From an uncultured Gammaproteobacteria bacterium (lineage in GTDB: Bacteria; Pseudomonadota; Gammaproteobacteria; Steroidobacterales; Woeseiaceae): 64,000 nt of DNA. Location of the stretch: the NCBI GenBank assembly GCA_963760325.1, contig CAVXCW010000024.1, positions 13,101 through 77,100 of the forward strand, written 5' to 3'. Shown piece by piece: positions 18,205 to 27,384 of the stretch. The first letter of the stretch is position 1; each line of letters begins with the position of its first letter. The notes under the pieces were generated by a model. The model searched no databases. It was not told where the DNA came from and saw only the letters and a program-made list of their open reading frames with translations. The translations under genes were made by a program, and so were the position numbers.

Positions 18205-19495
18205 GCCACCGCCTGACGGCGGCTCAGATCACCTGAGTCTCGCACGCGAGAGCTTGCGCGAACTTATTCAGGACGCGCGCCTGCCCGACGGAGTGCGCGA
18301 CTCGTTGGCGCAGGACTACGAGGCCGTGCAGGCGATGCTCGACAAACTGGAGCACGGTCACCTCCACCTGTCGGCATTCGGTCGGGTCAGTACCGGCAAG
18401 TCCTCGCTGCTAAACGCCCTGATCGGCGAAGACATGTTTTCCGTTAGCCCGCTGCACGGCGAGACCCGATATTCCTCAATGCAGGCGTGGAACCAGGTGG
18501 AAGCCGGTGGCGTTTTTCTAATCGATACGCCCGGGCTGGACGAAGCGGGCGGTGAAGATCGCGAGGCGCTGGCTAAAGAGGTTGCCGGCCGATCCGATCT
18601 CGTCATTTTCGTGCTCGACAGCGATATTACCGACTCGGAACTGGACGCACTTAAAGCCGTGGTAACACAGGGTCGCCCGGTCCTGATAGTACTCAACAAG
18701 TCCGATCTGTACACGGCGGATGAACTCGCGGCGTTATTGCGATCGATACGCACCAAGGCCGAGCGGATCATCGACCCAGACCACGTCATTTCCGCGGCCG
18801 CACAACCGCGACGGCAAATGGTAGTCGAGGTCGATGTGGACGGCAGCGAATCGACATCGACAAGAAAGCGGGAACCGGATGTCGACGAACTGCGCCTCAA
18901 GCTCTGGGAGATCCTCGAAGCGGAAGGCAAAACGCTGGTAGCACTGAACGCCAGTCTGTTCGCGTCTGATCTATCCGATCAGGTGGGTCGTCGAATACTC
19001 AACGCGCGGCGGGAACTTGGGGACAAGCTCGTACGCACTTACTGCGTCGGGAAGGGCATTGCGGTTGCGTTCAATCCCGTTCCGGTAGCGGATCTGTTTG
19101 CCGCCGCCTTTATCGATGTCGGCATGGTGGTGCACCTGTCGCGCGTCTACGACCTGCCGCTAAGTCAAAAGGAAGCAGGATCCATTGTGAAGGTCATCGT
19201 CGCGGAATCCGCTGCGCTCATGGGTACCGTGTGGGCCCTGCATTTTGTTTCGAGCGCACTGAAAGTGGGTACCCTTGGCCTGTCGACTATTCTCACTGCC
19301 GGAGCACAAGGGGCCATCGCCTATTACAGCACCTACCTTGTCGGTGGTGCCGCGGCCGAGTACCTGGCCAAGGGCAAGTCGTGGGGCGAAGGCGGGCCGA
19401 AAAATGTCGTCAAGCAGATTCTTGATTCGCTGGACAGGGACACCGTTCTGCGTGATGCGAAGCGCGAAATTCAGGCACGGCTGGGTCTAGGCTGA
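18131..19495 (+). CDS. GTPase fused to a DUF697 (YcjF-like) membrane domain, paralog 2
   Basis: G1 GRVSTGKSS, G3 DTPGLDE, G4 NKSD. C-terminal DUF697-like hydrophobic hairpins. Start chosen at the ATG at 18131 (the track ORF starts at 18089). Overlaps the end of paralog 1. Confidence 0.75.
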   Translation: MASVSIWKRAFAALPEWPWKRKGTEPPPDGGSDHLSLARESLRELIQDARLPDGVRDSLAQDYEAVQAMLDKLEHGHLHLSAFGRVSTGKSSLLNALIGEDMFSVSPLHGETRYSSMQAWNQVEAGGVFLIDTPGLDEAGGEDREALAKEVAGRSDLVIFVLDSDITDSELDALKAVVTQGRPVLIVLNKSDLYTADELAALLRSIRTKAERIIDPDHVISAAAQPRRQMVVEVDVDGSESTSTRKREPDVDELRLKLWEILEAEGKTLVALNASLFASDLSDQVGRRILNARRELGDKLVRTYCVGKGIAVAFNPVPVADLFAAAFIDVGMVVHLSRVYDLPLSQKEAGSIVKVIVAESAALMGTVWALHFVSSALKVGTLGLSTILTAGAQGAIAYYSTYLVGGAAAEYLAKGKSWGEGGPKNVVKQILDSLDRDTVLRDAKREIQARLGLG

Positions 19496-19505
19496 GCCGC
19501 TCGGG

Positions 19506-19865
19506 ATGGATCGCGAAACGCGCATGCGCCGGATCTGGGAAACGATTCAGGAGATCCCGAGAGGCAGTGTCGCGAACTATGGACAGATTGCAGAGATCGC
19601 AGGCATACCTCGCGGTGCGCGGCAGGTCGCGTACGCGCTGCGCCACGCACCCAATGGTCTTGAGCTTCCGTGGCACCGCGTCATCACTGCGTCTGGAAAA
19701 AGCGCGTTCGATCCAAACAGCCAACATTACAGGATGCAATGCGATCGCTTGATTGAGGAGGGCGTGGCCGTGATCAACGGCAAGGTGAATATGCAGAAGT
19801 ATCGCTGGGAGCCAGGGCTTGATGAGTTATTGTGGAAGCCTTCATCGACCTGGGATGAATCGTGA
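19506..19865 (+). CDS. MGMT-family DNA-binding protein lacking the acceptor cysteine (alkyltransferase-like, YbaZ/Atl type)
   Basis: IPRGSVANYGQIAEIAG helix-turn-helix block. PWHRV stands in place of the catalytic PCHRV. Confidence 0.75.
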   Translation: MDRETRMRRIWETIQEIPRGSVANYGQIAEIAGIPRGARQVAYALRHAPNGLELPWHRVITASGKSAFDPNSQHYRMQCDRLIEEGVAVINGKVNMQKYRWEPGLDELLWKPSSTWDES

Positions 19866-21199
19866 GCGCCAAACGAAAACTCCGTTCGTTCTATTTGAAC
19901 GTGCTGCTCAACGAAAGAGCTCGCACTACTGCACGTTGGCTCCGCGAAATGCGCCGTCGCCTGCTAAGGCAACCGCACGTGGTTTCGGCGTTCCTGCAAC
20001 TCGATGACCCGTACTCTTACTTGCTGGCGCACTACCTGCCGAGCCTGGCAGAGCACTACGACATTACACTGCGCTTATATCTCTCGGAGTCTCGCGGCGA
20101 TGCGTATCAGCCGGCGCCGGATATGTTGGCCGAGTATGCGGCGATGGACTGCGAACGACTTGCGCGCGAGCTGGGTATTCCGTTTCTTGACAAGGGGGCC
20201 AGTCCGCCGGTCGAGCATCGACTCTCGATGCTGGACACGATCGCTGGTTGTCACGGCAAAGCCAACTTCGATGACGAGTTGTTGCAGGCGCTAGGCGTTT
20301 TTTGGAGAGGGGATGCAGAAGCGGCGGCTCGCCGAAGTCCCGGCGCCGAGATGAAGGGTCTTTCGAGCAGGTTGATCAGTGAATCGCAAAAACTACAAAA
20401 GCGTCTGGGGCACTACAACAGCGCGACGCTGCACTATGCGGGCGAGTGGTACTGGGGTGTCGACAGGTTGCATTACCTTCTCGAACGGCTGGATGAGCTG
20501 GGAGTGGCAAGGAGCGATGCCCAAAACCGGATACTGTCGTCGCTCGGCCAGGCCATGCAAGTCACATTGCCGGTCGCACCTCCCACGGCGGCGAAGCGCC
20601 TGCCGCCTCTGGAGCTGTTTCACTCGATTCGCAGCCCCTATTCTTACTTGTCGCTGGCGCGCGCCTTCGAGATCGCCGACGCGTTTGGCCTCGAGCTCAA
20701 GGTTCGACCGGTGCTGCCAATGGTGATGCGTGGAATGAAAGTGCCAGTCCTTAAGCTGCTTTACATCGTTAAAGACGCGGCCCGCGAAGCCGCGCGACGT
20801 GGTATTGCGTTCGGTAATATCGCCGATCCCGTCGGCGCCGGCGCAGAACGGTGCCTCGCCGTTTTTTACTATGCCGAATCGGAAAAGCGCGGCAGGGATT
20901 TTCTATTGAACGCCGGCGAAGCAATCTGGGACAAGGCGATTGACGTGGCCACTGACGCCGGAATGCGCAAAGTCACTGGCAAGACCGGGCTGCTCTGGCC
21001 AGATGTGAAGGCCGCGATGAATGACGACACATGGCGCGATGCTGTTGACAATAATCGCGAGTCGATGATGGCATCGGGTACGTGGGGTGTACCGACCTTG
21101 CGGATGGGTGACTTCATCGCCTGGGGACAGGATCGCGACTGGCTACTGGTCCGCCATATTGAAGAATTGTGTGACACGGGAGACGGAATACTCGTATGA
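19862..21199 (+). CDS. tandem DsbA-like / 2-hydroxychromene-2-carboxylate isomerase family protein
   Basis: GTGA overlap with the upstream gene. Two copies of the family N-terminal signature (LDDPYSYLLAHY and SIRSPYSYLSLARA) in one 445-aa protein. Confidence 0.65.
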   Translation: MSAKRKLRSFYLNVLLNERARTTARWLREMRRRLLRQPHVVSAFLQLDDPYSYLLAHYLPSLAEHYDITLRLYLSESRGDAYQPAPDMLAEYAAMDCERLARELGIPFLDKGASPPVEHRLSMLDTIAGCHGKANFDDELLQALGVFWRGDAEAAARRSPGAEMKGLSSRLISESQKLQKRLGHYNSATLHYAGEWYWGVDRLHYLLERLDELGVARSDAQNRILSSLGQAMQVTLPVAPPTAAKRLPPLELFHSIRSPYSYLSLARAFEIADAFGLELKVRPVLPMVMRGMKVPVLKLLYIVKDAAREAARRGIAFGNIADPVGAGAERCLAVFYYAESEKRGRDFLLNAGEAIWDKAIDVATDAGMRKVTGKTGLLWPDVKAAMNDDTWRDAVDNNRESMMASGTWGVPTLRMGDFIAWGQDRDWLLVRHIEELCDTGDGILV

Positions 21200-21696
21200 C
21201 TACGGTGATATTCTCGCACGGTCAGGAAAGCGGCCCGTGGGGGACGAAGATTCGGGCGATGGCCGAGCGGGCCAAAAGTCTGGGCTGCAAAGTCGACAGT
21301 GTCGACTACCAGGGAATTGCGGATCCGACAAAACGCGTAAGGAAACTGGTGCGCGAATGTGCGCATATTGATGACAGGCTCATCCTCGTTGGATCCAGCA
21401 TGGGAGGCCATGTAGCAACTGCGGCGGCCGAAGAATCAGGCGCAGTTGGGCTATTTGTGCTTGCGCCGGCCTATTACATGCCCGGATATGAAGCGCTGAC
21501 GCCATTACCGCCAAACATCCCGATTTGCATTGTGCATGGCTGGCATGATGACATCGTGCCCGCAGAAAACAGTATTCGATTCGCGCAGACCTGTGGCGCT
21601 ACGCTGCATCTAGTCGATGGGGACCACCGGTTGACGGCGAACATCGATGAGATCAACGAATATTTTACCTATTTTCTAAAACATACATCCGAATAA
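21196..21696 (+). CDS. small alpha/beta hydrolase (YqiA-like esterase)
   Basis: ATGA overlap with the upstream gene. LVGSSMGGHVA nucleophile elbow, C-terminal DGDHR. 166 aa. Confidence 0.55.
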   Translation: MTTVIFSHGQESGPWGTKIRAMAERAKSLGCKVDSVDYQGIADPTKRVRKLVRECAHIDDRLILVGSSMGGHVATAAAEESGAVGLFVLAPAYYMPGYEALTPLPPNIPICIVHGWHDDIVPAENSIRFAQTCGATLHLVDGDHRLTANIDEINEYFTYFLKHTSE

Positions 21697-21718
21697 TTCG
21701 GAAAGTTGGGAGGAGCAC

Positions 21719-22075
21719 ATGAAGTACGTAATGATTTTGGTAATGAGCCTTACCTTGTTTGCCTGTGGTGGCAAGGATTCGGGCGGTTCGGCAAAAGACG
21801 CTATGGATTCGGCTGCCGACGCTGCGAAAGAAGCGGCGAGTGACACGATGGAAGCGGCCGATGACGCGATGGATTCGGCGGGCAGCGCAATGGATGACGC
21901 GGCTGATGCTGCCGGCGAAATGGCGGATGACGCCATGGATGCTGGCAAGGGCGCGATGGATGACGCGACCGAGGCGATGCACGGCGCAATGGAAGACGCC
22001 GAAGGCGTTGAAGATATGCTGATGCAAAAGAAAGACGAGGCTGACGCCGCCATCGAAGACGCAACGAAAGAGTAA
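21719..22075 (+). CDS. repetitive Ala/Asp/Met-rich acidic lipoprotein
   Basis: GGAGG RBS. Lipobox LTLFACGG. The rest is a degenerate repeat of D-A-M-D-x-A-x-x-A (DAMDSAADAAKEAASDTMEAADDAMDSAGSAMDDAADAAGEMADDAMDAGKGAMDDATEAMHGAMEDAEG). Confidence 0.5.
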   Translation: MKYVMILVMSLTLFACGGKDSGGSAKDAMDSAADAAKEAASDTMEAADDAMDSAGSAMDDAADAAGEMADDAMDAGKGAMDDATEAMHGAMEDAEGVEDMLMQKKDEADAAIEDATKE

Positions 22076-22081
22076 CAGTCG

Positions 22082-22112
22082 ATGCGCCTGGAGCCTAAAG
22101 TTCCAGGCGCAT
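22082..22112. terminator. hairpin between convergent ORFs
   Basis: ATGCGCCTGGA-N9-TCCAGGCGCAT, an 11-bp perfect stem. No clear T-tract. Overlaps the 3' end of the pqqB-like fragment. Confidence 0.45.
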
Positions 22113-22292
22113 TCCTTCGCGCGCAAACCTGAAGCCGCGCTTATCCACCTCTGCCTGTTCCGGGCTGCCGTCAATCAACAGCGGGTTCGTGTGATTCATA
22201 TGAATGAAGATCACGCGTGATTTTTCTTCGTCGGTGAAATCTGCGAATAAGGCCATGCTTTCGACAGCGAACGGGTGCGGTATCTTGCTCAT
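22095..22292 (-). pseudogene. C-terminal remnant of a PqqB-like MBL-fold protein
   Basis: The 65-aa ORF ends in VIFIHMNHTNPLLIDGSPEQAEVDKRGFRFAREGMRLEL. This matches the conserved C-terminus of PqqB as I recall it (..HINNTNPIL..SPE.AEV...G.EVA.DGM.IEL). The frame is open for only about 27 codons upstream of the ATG, then hits TAG, so about 200 aa of the fold are missing. Confidence 0.45.
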
Positions 22293-22382
22293 GTCCCGTC
22301 CCGGAGATATCGTCGTGTCATGAACCTGGCTCTGCGCTATTTCAGCCAGGCAAGTATGGCACAGTGGGTTTCCTAGAATGTT

Positions 22383-23348
22383 TCAGAATGCTTCGGCCGC
22401 CAGGTCCAGCAGTGCTGGAACGTCGCTCGCTTTGTAGAGGCCGATCTGGCTAACGGAAATCGGCTCGGCAGGCTTCGCGGTAATCACCAGCCTGGACTTG
22501 CCGCCAACAAATTCGGTGTACGGGTCGATCACATATTCGTCAAATTCTATGCCATATTCTTTGCCGACATGAGAGAGCTTATCCAGCTGGGCAGCGATAA
22601 TTTGTTCGCTCGATAATCCGAGTCGCGCGCAATATTCTGCCACGCGAGCGTTCAGGGACTGATCGATGTACTCGATGCGCATTGCGCTGAGTTTCGGTCG
22701 GGCGCGGGGGCCTTGCGACAATTCTGCCACCATGTTGCCCGAAAGCGTCAGCTCTGCGTCGATCACCCACATGTCTTCGACGGAGGACTTCACAGACACG
22801 GAGTAACTGGACGGTTCGCGGCGAAAGTGTGCCGATACCGACACTACCTGTTCGACATAGCCGAGTTCTTCAAGCGTCGCCGGCGAAAAGCCATACTTGC
22901 CGGTGCAGACAGCGGCTGGCTCATCGGCATCAGCTGCTTGTGTGACGCTCTGCAGCTCGGCATGGAGTTTCTTGAAATAGTCTGCATCGACCCGCATGCG
23001 GACGCCCTCGGCGATGAAGCCGAAGTACTCCGGGATAACGTCGTCCGGATTTCCCAAGTTGTCGGCGATATCGGCAAGCCCTAGTAATGAAAAATAATTG
23101 GGAGTATCGATACCCAGCCGATCGATGGTTATCGTGTCGTTGAAGTCGGTAATCTTGGCTTCGATGGCGTCGATGGTTAGCTCGCCGCCCATGGTGGAGC
23201 TGACGCCATCGTATTGCACGTTCACAAATGGCGAAATTGCCATGACGGCCGTGTCCACGCTGGACTCAACCTTGTGGTGCAACAGGAGTTTTGATCCGCC
23301 GTAGCCGACCGCTCCCAGGATAATTACACCGATAATCAGATTTTTCAT
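22383..23348 (-). CDS. hypothetical membrane-anchored protein
   Basis: Trimmed to the ATG at 23346-23348 (MKNLIIGVIILGAVGYGG, an N-terminal anchor). 321 aa. No family recognised. Confidence 0.5.
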   Translation of the reverse strand: MKNLIIGVIILGAVGYGGSKLLLHHKVESSVDTAVMAISPFVNVQYDGVSSTMGGELTIDAIEAKITDFNDTITIDRLGIDTPNYFSLLGLADIADNLGNPDDVIPEYFGFIAEGVRMRVDADYFKKLHAELQSVTQAADADEPAAVCTGKYGFSPATLEELGYVEQVVSVSAHFRREPSSYSVSVKSSVEDMWVIDAELTLSGNMVAELSQGPRARPKLSAMRIEYIDQSLNARVAEYCARLGLSSEQIIAAQLDKLSHVGKEYGIEFDEYVIDPYTEFVGGKSRLVITAKPAEPISVSQIGLYKASDVPALLDLAAEAF

Positions 23349-23457
23349 GACAGGCCTTTTCTTTCGAGATGCTTCGAACCCGTGAATCATCTCTCAAAAC
23401 AACGGCTTGCAAAACGAAGGGGGTCACATTATCGGGATTCCGGTAGACTTGACCGCC

Positions 23458-25941
23458 ATGAATATCGCCGCAGCCACCGTTCGCCCACTCTATTGGCTTG
23501 CGGGCAAAATTTTTCACCTGTGGGCACGGCCCGTGGTTCAACCCGAGGCGCCTGGCGAGCTGATTACCGACGGCGATGCGGCTATCTGCTACGTGCTTGA
23601 AACGGGTGGGCTTGCAGATCTTCTTGCGCTTGAGCGCGCTTGTTCCGACTACGGGCTGCCATCGCCAACGAGTCGATTCGAATTCTGCGGCACGCGCGAC
23701 CATAAACGGGTCGTTGTCCTGCGCCGGATGAGGGGCCTGTTTTATCGTCGCCCTCGCAAGACGGGGTCGCAAAGGCTCAAGCGACTGGTGGAGGCCGCGG
23801 AACACGGTGATCAGGAATTGTTGCTGATTCCGGTCGCCATTTATTGGGGGCGGTCGCCCGACAAGGAACGCTCGCTGGTCAAGCTGCTGTTCTCCGAAGA
23901 CTGGGAGGTCGCAGGCAGGATCAACAAGTTTTTCCGGACGTTGCTGCTCGGCCGCAATACGCTGTTGCGTTTCAGTCATGCCCTGCCGCTCAGGTCGATT
24001 CCGATGGAAGGGCAGGATGCGGCGATCACGAATCGCAAGGTCTCGAGAATCCTGCGCGTCCACTTTCGCAAACGACGCGTCGCGACGGTTGGGCCGGACC
24101 TTTCGCACCGCCGCACACTCATCAACCAGGTGTTGCGCGCGCCGAGCGTGCGACGCGCTATCGTTGCGGAGGCGGGTGACGACTTCCGCAAACAGGAAGT
24201 TGCCCGTCACAAGGCACACCAATATGCGCTCGAAATTGCCGCCGATATCTCCTACTCGTTTGTACGTTTTGCGAGTCGAATCCTGAAGTGGCTATGGCAT
24301 CGGATCTACGACGGGATCGAGCTCAACCACATGGATCGTCTTCACGAGGTTGCGAGGGAGAAGGAGGTTGTATATGTGCCCTGTCATCGAAGCCACTTCG
24401 ACTACCTGTTGTTGAGCTACATCCTTTACGACAATGGACTTCACCTGCCACATATCGCGGCCGGTATTAACCTGAACCTGCCGCTTGTCGGCCGTATCCT
24501 GCGTCGCGGCGGAGCGTTCTTCCTGAGGCGCACGTTCAAGGGTAATCGCCTTTACGCAGCCGTGTTCGACGCGTACCTGAACCAGATAATCAAGAAGGGC
24601 CACTCGATCGAGTATTTCGTGGAAGGCGGGCGCAGTCGCACGGGGCGCCTGCTTGCGCCGAAGGGCGGCATGCTGGTCATGACCGTCAACTCCTTCATCA
24701 AGAACCGGCAGCGTCCTATCGTTTTCGTGCCAGTCTATTTCGGCTACGAGAAGCTGATCGAAGGCGACTCGTTCATCAGCGAGATGGGCGGCGCCGAGAA
24801 GAAGAAAGAATCACTCGGAGGCCTGCTGCGCTCGATAAAGTCGTTGCGCGAACAGTTCGGCAGGGTATACGTGAATATCGGAGAACCGATAGACCTCGAG
24901 CCGGTTCTGAATCGGATGCAACCGGCCTGGCGTGAGCACGAATCGGAGAATGGCGAGCGCCCACCCTGGCTGGGCGATGTCGTGGACCAGCTGGGCGCCG
25001 AGATAATGAGCGGCATTAACTCAGCCGCGGCGGTTACGCCGATCAGTCTGCTCGCCTATGTGCTGCTCGCAACACCGAAGCAGAAAATCGGTATTGACGA
25101 GCTCCGTCGCCAGCTTGGGCTGAGCATTGCCCTAATGAAGCGCTTCAGCTACTCCGACTCTGTGACGATACCCGACTGGAGCGCGGAAGCGATCATCGAA
25201 CATGGACAGAAGCTCAACGTGATCAGCCGTACCAGACATCCGATGGGCGAGGTCGTCCACATGGCTGAGCGCACGGCCGTGCTGATGACCTACTTTCGCA
25301 ACAATATCCTGCACCTGTTGGCGGTACCGTCCTCAGTAGCATGCTGCTTTATCCAGGGACGGCAACTGGAACACAAGGAATTGCAACGACTAATTCGCCT
25401 GATATACCCGTTTATGAAGAAGGAGCTGAATCTGAAATGGCCGCTGGACGAAATCGACGCGGTCACTACCGAGGCGATCAAGTCGTTAGTCGACCTGGAA
25501 CTTCTCACGTACGGAAAACGCAAGTCGATGCTCGTTCGGCCGCCTGCCGGCTCGGAGAAAGCCTTCCAACTGCTGATGCTGGGGCAGTCGATGGTACCCA
25601 TGTTGCAGCGTTTCTACCTCGTCATTTCGGTATTAGTGAGAAACGGCTCTGGCACGCTGTCCCGATCGCGGCTCGAAGTCTTGTGCCAGCAGAGTGCCGA
25701 GCGACTGTCGATGATTTACGGACTGCATTCGCCAGACTTCTTCAACAAGACGCTGTTTCATGATTTTATTCGTTCCCTGCAGGATCAGCGCGTCCTCCGC
25801 AGGAACGGTAGCGGTCTGATTGAGTACGATGACAATATCAAGAGTATCGGTGCTGACGCGCGGCTCGTGCTCGGCGAGGAAATTCGTCACAGCATCCTGT
25901 CACTCACGGTGCCTGAGGCCAACGATCAGGTTAGAGAATGA
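23458..25941 (+). CDS. plsB: glycerol-3-phosphate 1-O-acyltransferase
   Basis: About 827 aa. Acyltransferase HX4D block CHRSHFDYLLLSY, FFLRRTF, YFVEGGRSRTGRLL and VPVYFGYE are all PlsB signatures. Start chosen at the ATG at 23458. Confidence 0.92.
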   Translation: MNIAAATVRPLYWLAGKIFHLWARPVVQPEAPGELITDGDAAICYVLETGGLADLLALERACSDYGLPSPTSRFEFCGTRDHKRVVVLRRMRGLFYRRPRKTGSQRLKRLVEAAEHGDQELLLIPVAIYWGRSPDKERSLVKLLFSEDWEVAGRINKFFRTLLLGRNTLLRFSHALPLRSIPMEGQDAAITNRKVSRILRVHFRKRRVATVGPDLSHRRTLINQVLRAPSVRRAIVAEAGDDFRKQEVARHKAHQYALEIAADISYSFVRFASRILKWLWHRIYDGIELNHMDRLHEVAREKEVVYVPCHRSHFDYLLLSYILYDNGLHLPHIAAGINLNLPLVGRILRRGGAFFLRRTFKGNRLYAAVFDAYLNQIIKKGHSIEYFVEGGRSRTGRLLAPKGGMLVMTVNSFIKNRQRPIVFVPVYFGYEKLIEGDSFISEMGGAEKKKESLGGLLRSIKSLREQFGRVYVNIGEPIDLEPVLNRMQPAWREHESENGERPPWLGDVVDQLGAEIMSGINSAAAVTPISLLAYVLLATPKQKIGIDELRRQLGLSIALMKRFSYSDSVTIPDWSAEAIIEHGQKLNVISRTRHPMGEVVHMAERTAVLMTYFRNNILHLLAVPSSVACCFIQGRQLEHKELQRLIRLIYPFMKKELNLKWPLDEIDAVTTEAIKSLVDLELLTYGKRKSMLVRPPAGSEKAFQLLMLGQSMVPMLQRFYLVISVLVRNGSGTLSRSRLEVLCQQSAERLSMIYGLHSPDFFNKTLFHDFIRSLQDQRVLRRNGSGLIEYDDNIKSIGADARLVLGEEIRHSILSLTVPEANDQVRE

Positions 25942-26891
25942 AGGTCGTATCGTTTTACCGTTTTCTGGACCTTGAAGATCCAGAAACTTTTCGTGACGAA
26001 TTGCAGGCGCTATGCGACCAACACGGGCTGCTTGGCACCGTACTGGTAGCGACTGAAGGCTTCAACGGCACCATTGCGGGCAGTACCGAAGCAATACGAG
26101 CCGTGCTTTCCTGGTTACAGGGTCGCTTTGAAATAGCCGGGAACCTGGACGCGCGCTGGACAAACGCGGAAGAGGCGCCGTTTCGACGCATGCGAGTACG
26201 CGTCAAGAAAGAAATAGTCACTTTGGGTCGGCCGGATATTCTGCCGCACAAACATACCGGCGAACACGTGCCGCCCGAGAAGTGGAATGAACTGATTGAA
26301 GACCCGAACGTCCTGGTTATCGATACACGCAATCACTACGAGTTTGAAGTCGGCACCTTCCCTGGAGCGCTGGATCCGGGCAACGACAGCTTTCGCGAGT
26401 TTCCGGCGTTCGCGACAAAGCTGGCGGAGACCTCGACGGATCGACCACTAGCGATGTTTTGCACGGGCGGCATCCGCTGTGAGAAAGCCAGCGCCCTGAT
26501 GCTGGAACTCGGTTTCAGCGACGTCTATCAGTTGCAGGGCGGTATTTTGAATTACCTGGAGTCCATGCCCGCGGGCGAGAATCGCTGGGACGGTGAGTGC
26601 TTCGTCTTTGATACTCGTGTTGCAATAGATCGTGACCTGTCTGAAGGCGGCTATGTCCAGTGCCACGCGTGCCGGCGGCCCCTGAGCGTAGAAGACCTCG
26701 AGTCGCCCGACTATCGTGAAGGCGTTTCCTGCCCACGGTGTATCGATGAGACGGATGAAGACCGTCGGGCCCGGCTCGAGGAGCGGCGCAAGCAGGTTCT
26801 GCTGGCGGCGAAGCGCGGCGAGGTGCATATCGGTGCAAAAATCCAGCCTGGTTCCTTGCACCTGCAAGCCGAAAGGTCTAAAAAGGCCTGA
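25938..26891 (+). CDS. trhO: rhodanese-domain tRNA uridine(34) hydroxylase (UPF0176/YceA family)
   Basis: ATGA overlap with plsB. N-terminus is SFYRFLDLEDPETFRDEL..ATEGFNGTIAG. Rhodanese active-site loop CTGGIRCEKAS. C-terminal Cys cluster. Confidence 0.85.
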   Translation: MKVVSFYRFLDLEDPETFRDELQALCDQHGLLGTVLVATEGFNGTIAGSTEAIRAVLSWLQGRFEIAGNLDARWTNAEEAPFRRMRVRVKKEIVTLGRPDILPHKHTGEHVPPEKWNELIEDPNVLVIDTRNHYEFEVGTFPGALDPGNDSFREFPAFATKLAETSTDRPLAMFCTGGIRCEKASALMLELGFSDVYQLQGGILNYLESMPAGENRWDGECFVFDTRVAIDRDLSEGGYVQCHACRRPLSVEDLESPDYREGVSCPRCIDETDEDRRARLEERRKQVLLAAKRGEVHIGAKIQPGSLHLQAERSKKA

Positions 26892-27328
26892 TGAGTCATC
26901 ACGCTATAGCCCGATTCAGGTCGGCCGGCCTGACACGCAGTGTCTGGGGCTTGCTGGCCCTGTTGTGGCTCAATATGGCCGTTTTGCCCTGTGCAATGGC
27001 GCTTGAGAGTGGTGATCATGATTGCGCGCACTGTCCGCCGGCCGTTGAGCACGAGATGGCGTCGCACCATGGCCATGGCGAGGAACACGCCAATGAATCC
27101 GCTGCGACAACGCAATCCGAATGTTGCGACCTTGAAGATGCAAGCATCGACATCAGGGGCAGCAATCTCAAGATCAAACCTCCTTCCGAAGTAGTCTTCA
27201 TTTCGGAACCGGCAATTGTCGTCGTGCCCGCGCGCTCGAATGGGCAATCGAAATGGGCGTCCGATCCGCCAGAGATCATCAGTAGCTCGCCAACGCCTCA
27301 CGTCTTGTTCTGTGTCTATCTGAAATAG
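26891..27328 (+). CDS. Cys/His-rich putative metal-binding membrane or periplasmic protein
   Basis: TGATG overlap with trhO. Has an N-terminal hydrophobic segment, then GDHDCAHCPPAVEHEMASHHGHGEEH...ECCD. First gene of the metal-efflux run. Confidence 0.45.
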   Translation: MSHHAIARFRSAGLTRSVWGLLALLWLNMAVLPCAMALESGDHDCAHCPPAVEHEMASHHGHGEEHANESAATTQSECCDLEDASIDIRGSNLKIKPPSEVVFISEPAIVVVPARSNGQSKWASDPPEIISSSPTPHVLFCVYLK

Positions 27329-27384
27329 CTAACTCCACGCTGTAAGCCGCCCGTTTTTCGGTTTTCAACGTAGGAGTTTTTCTG

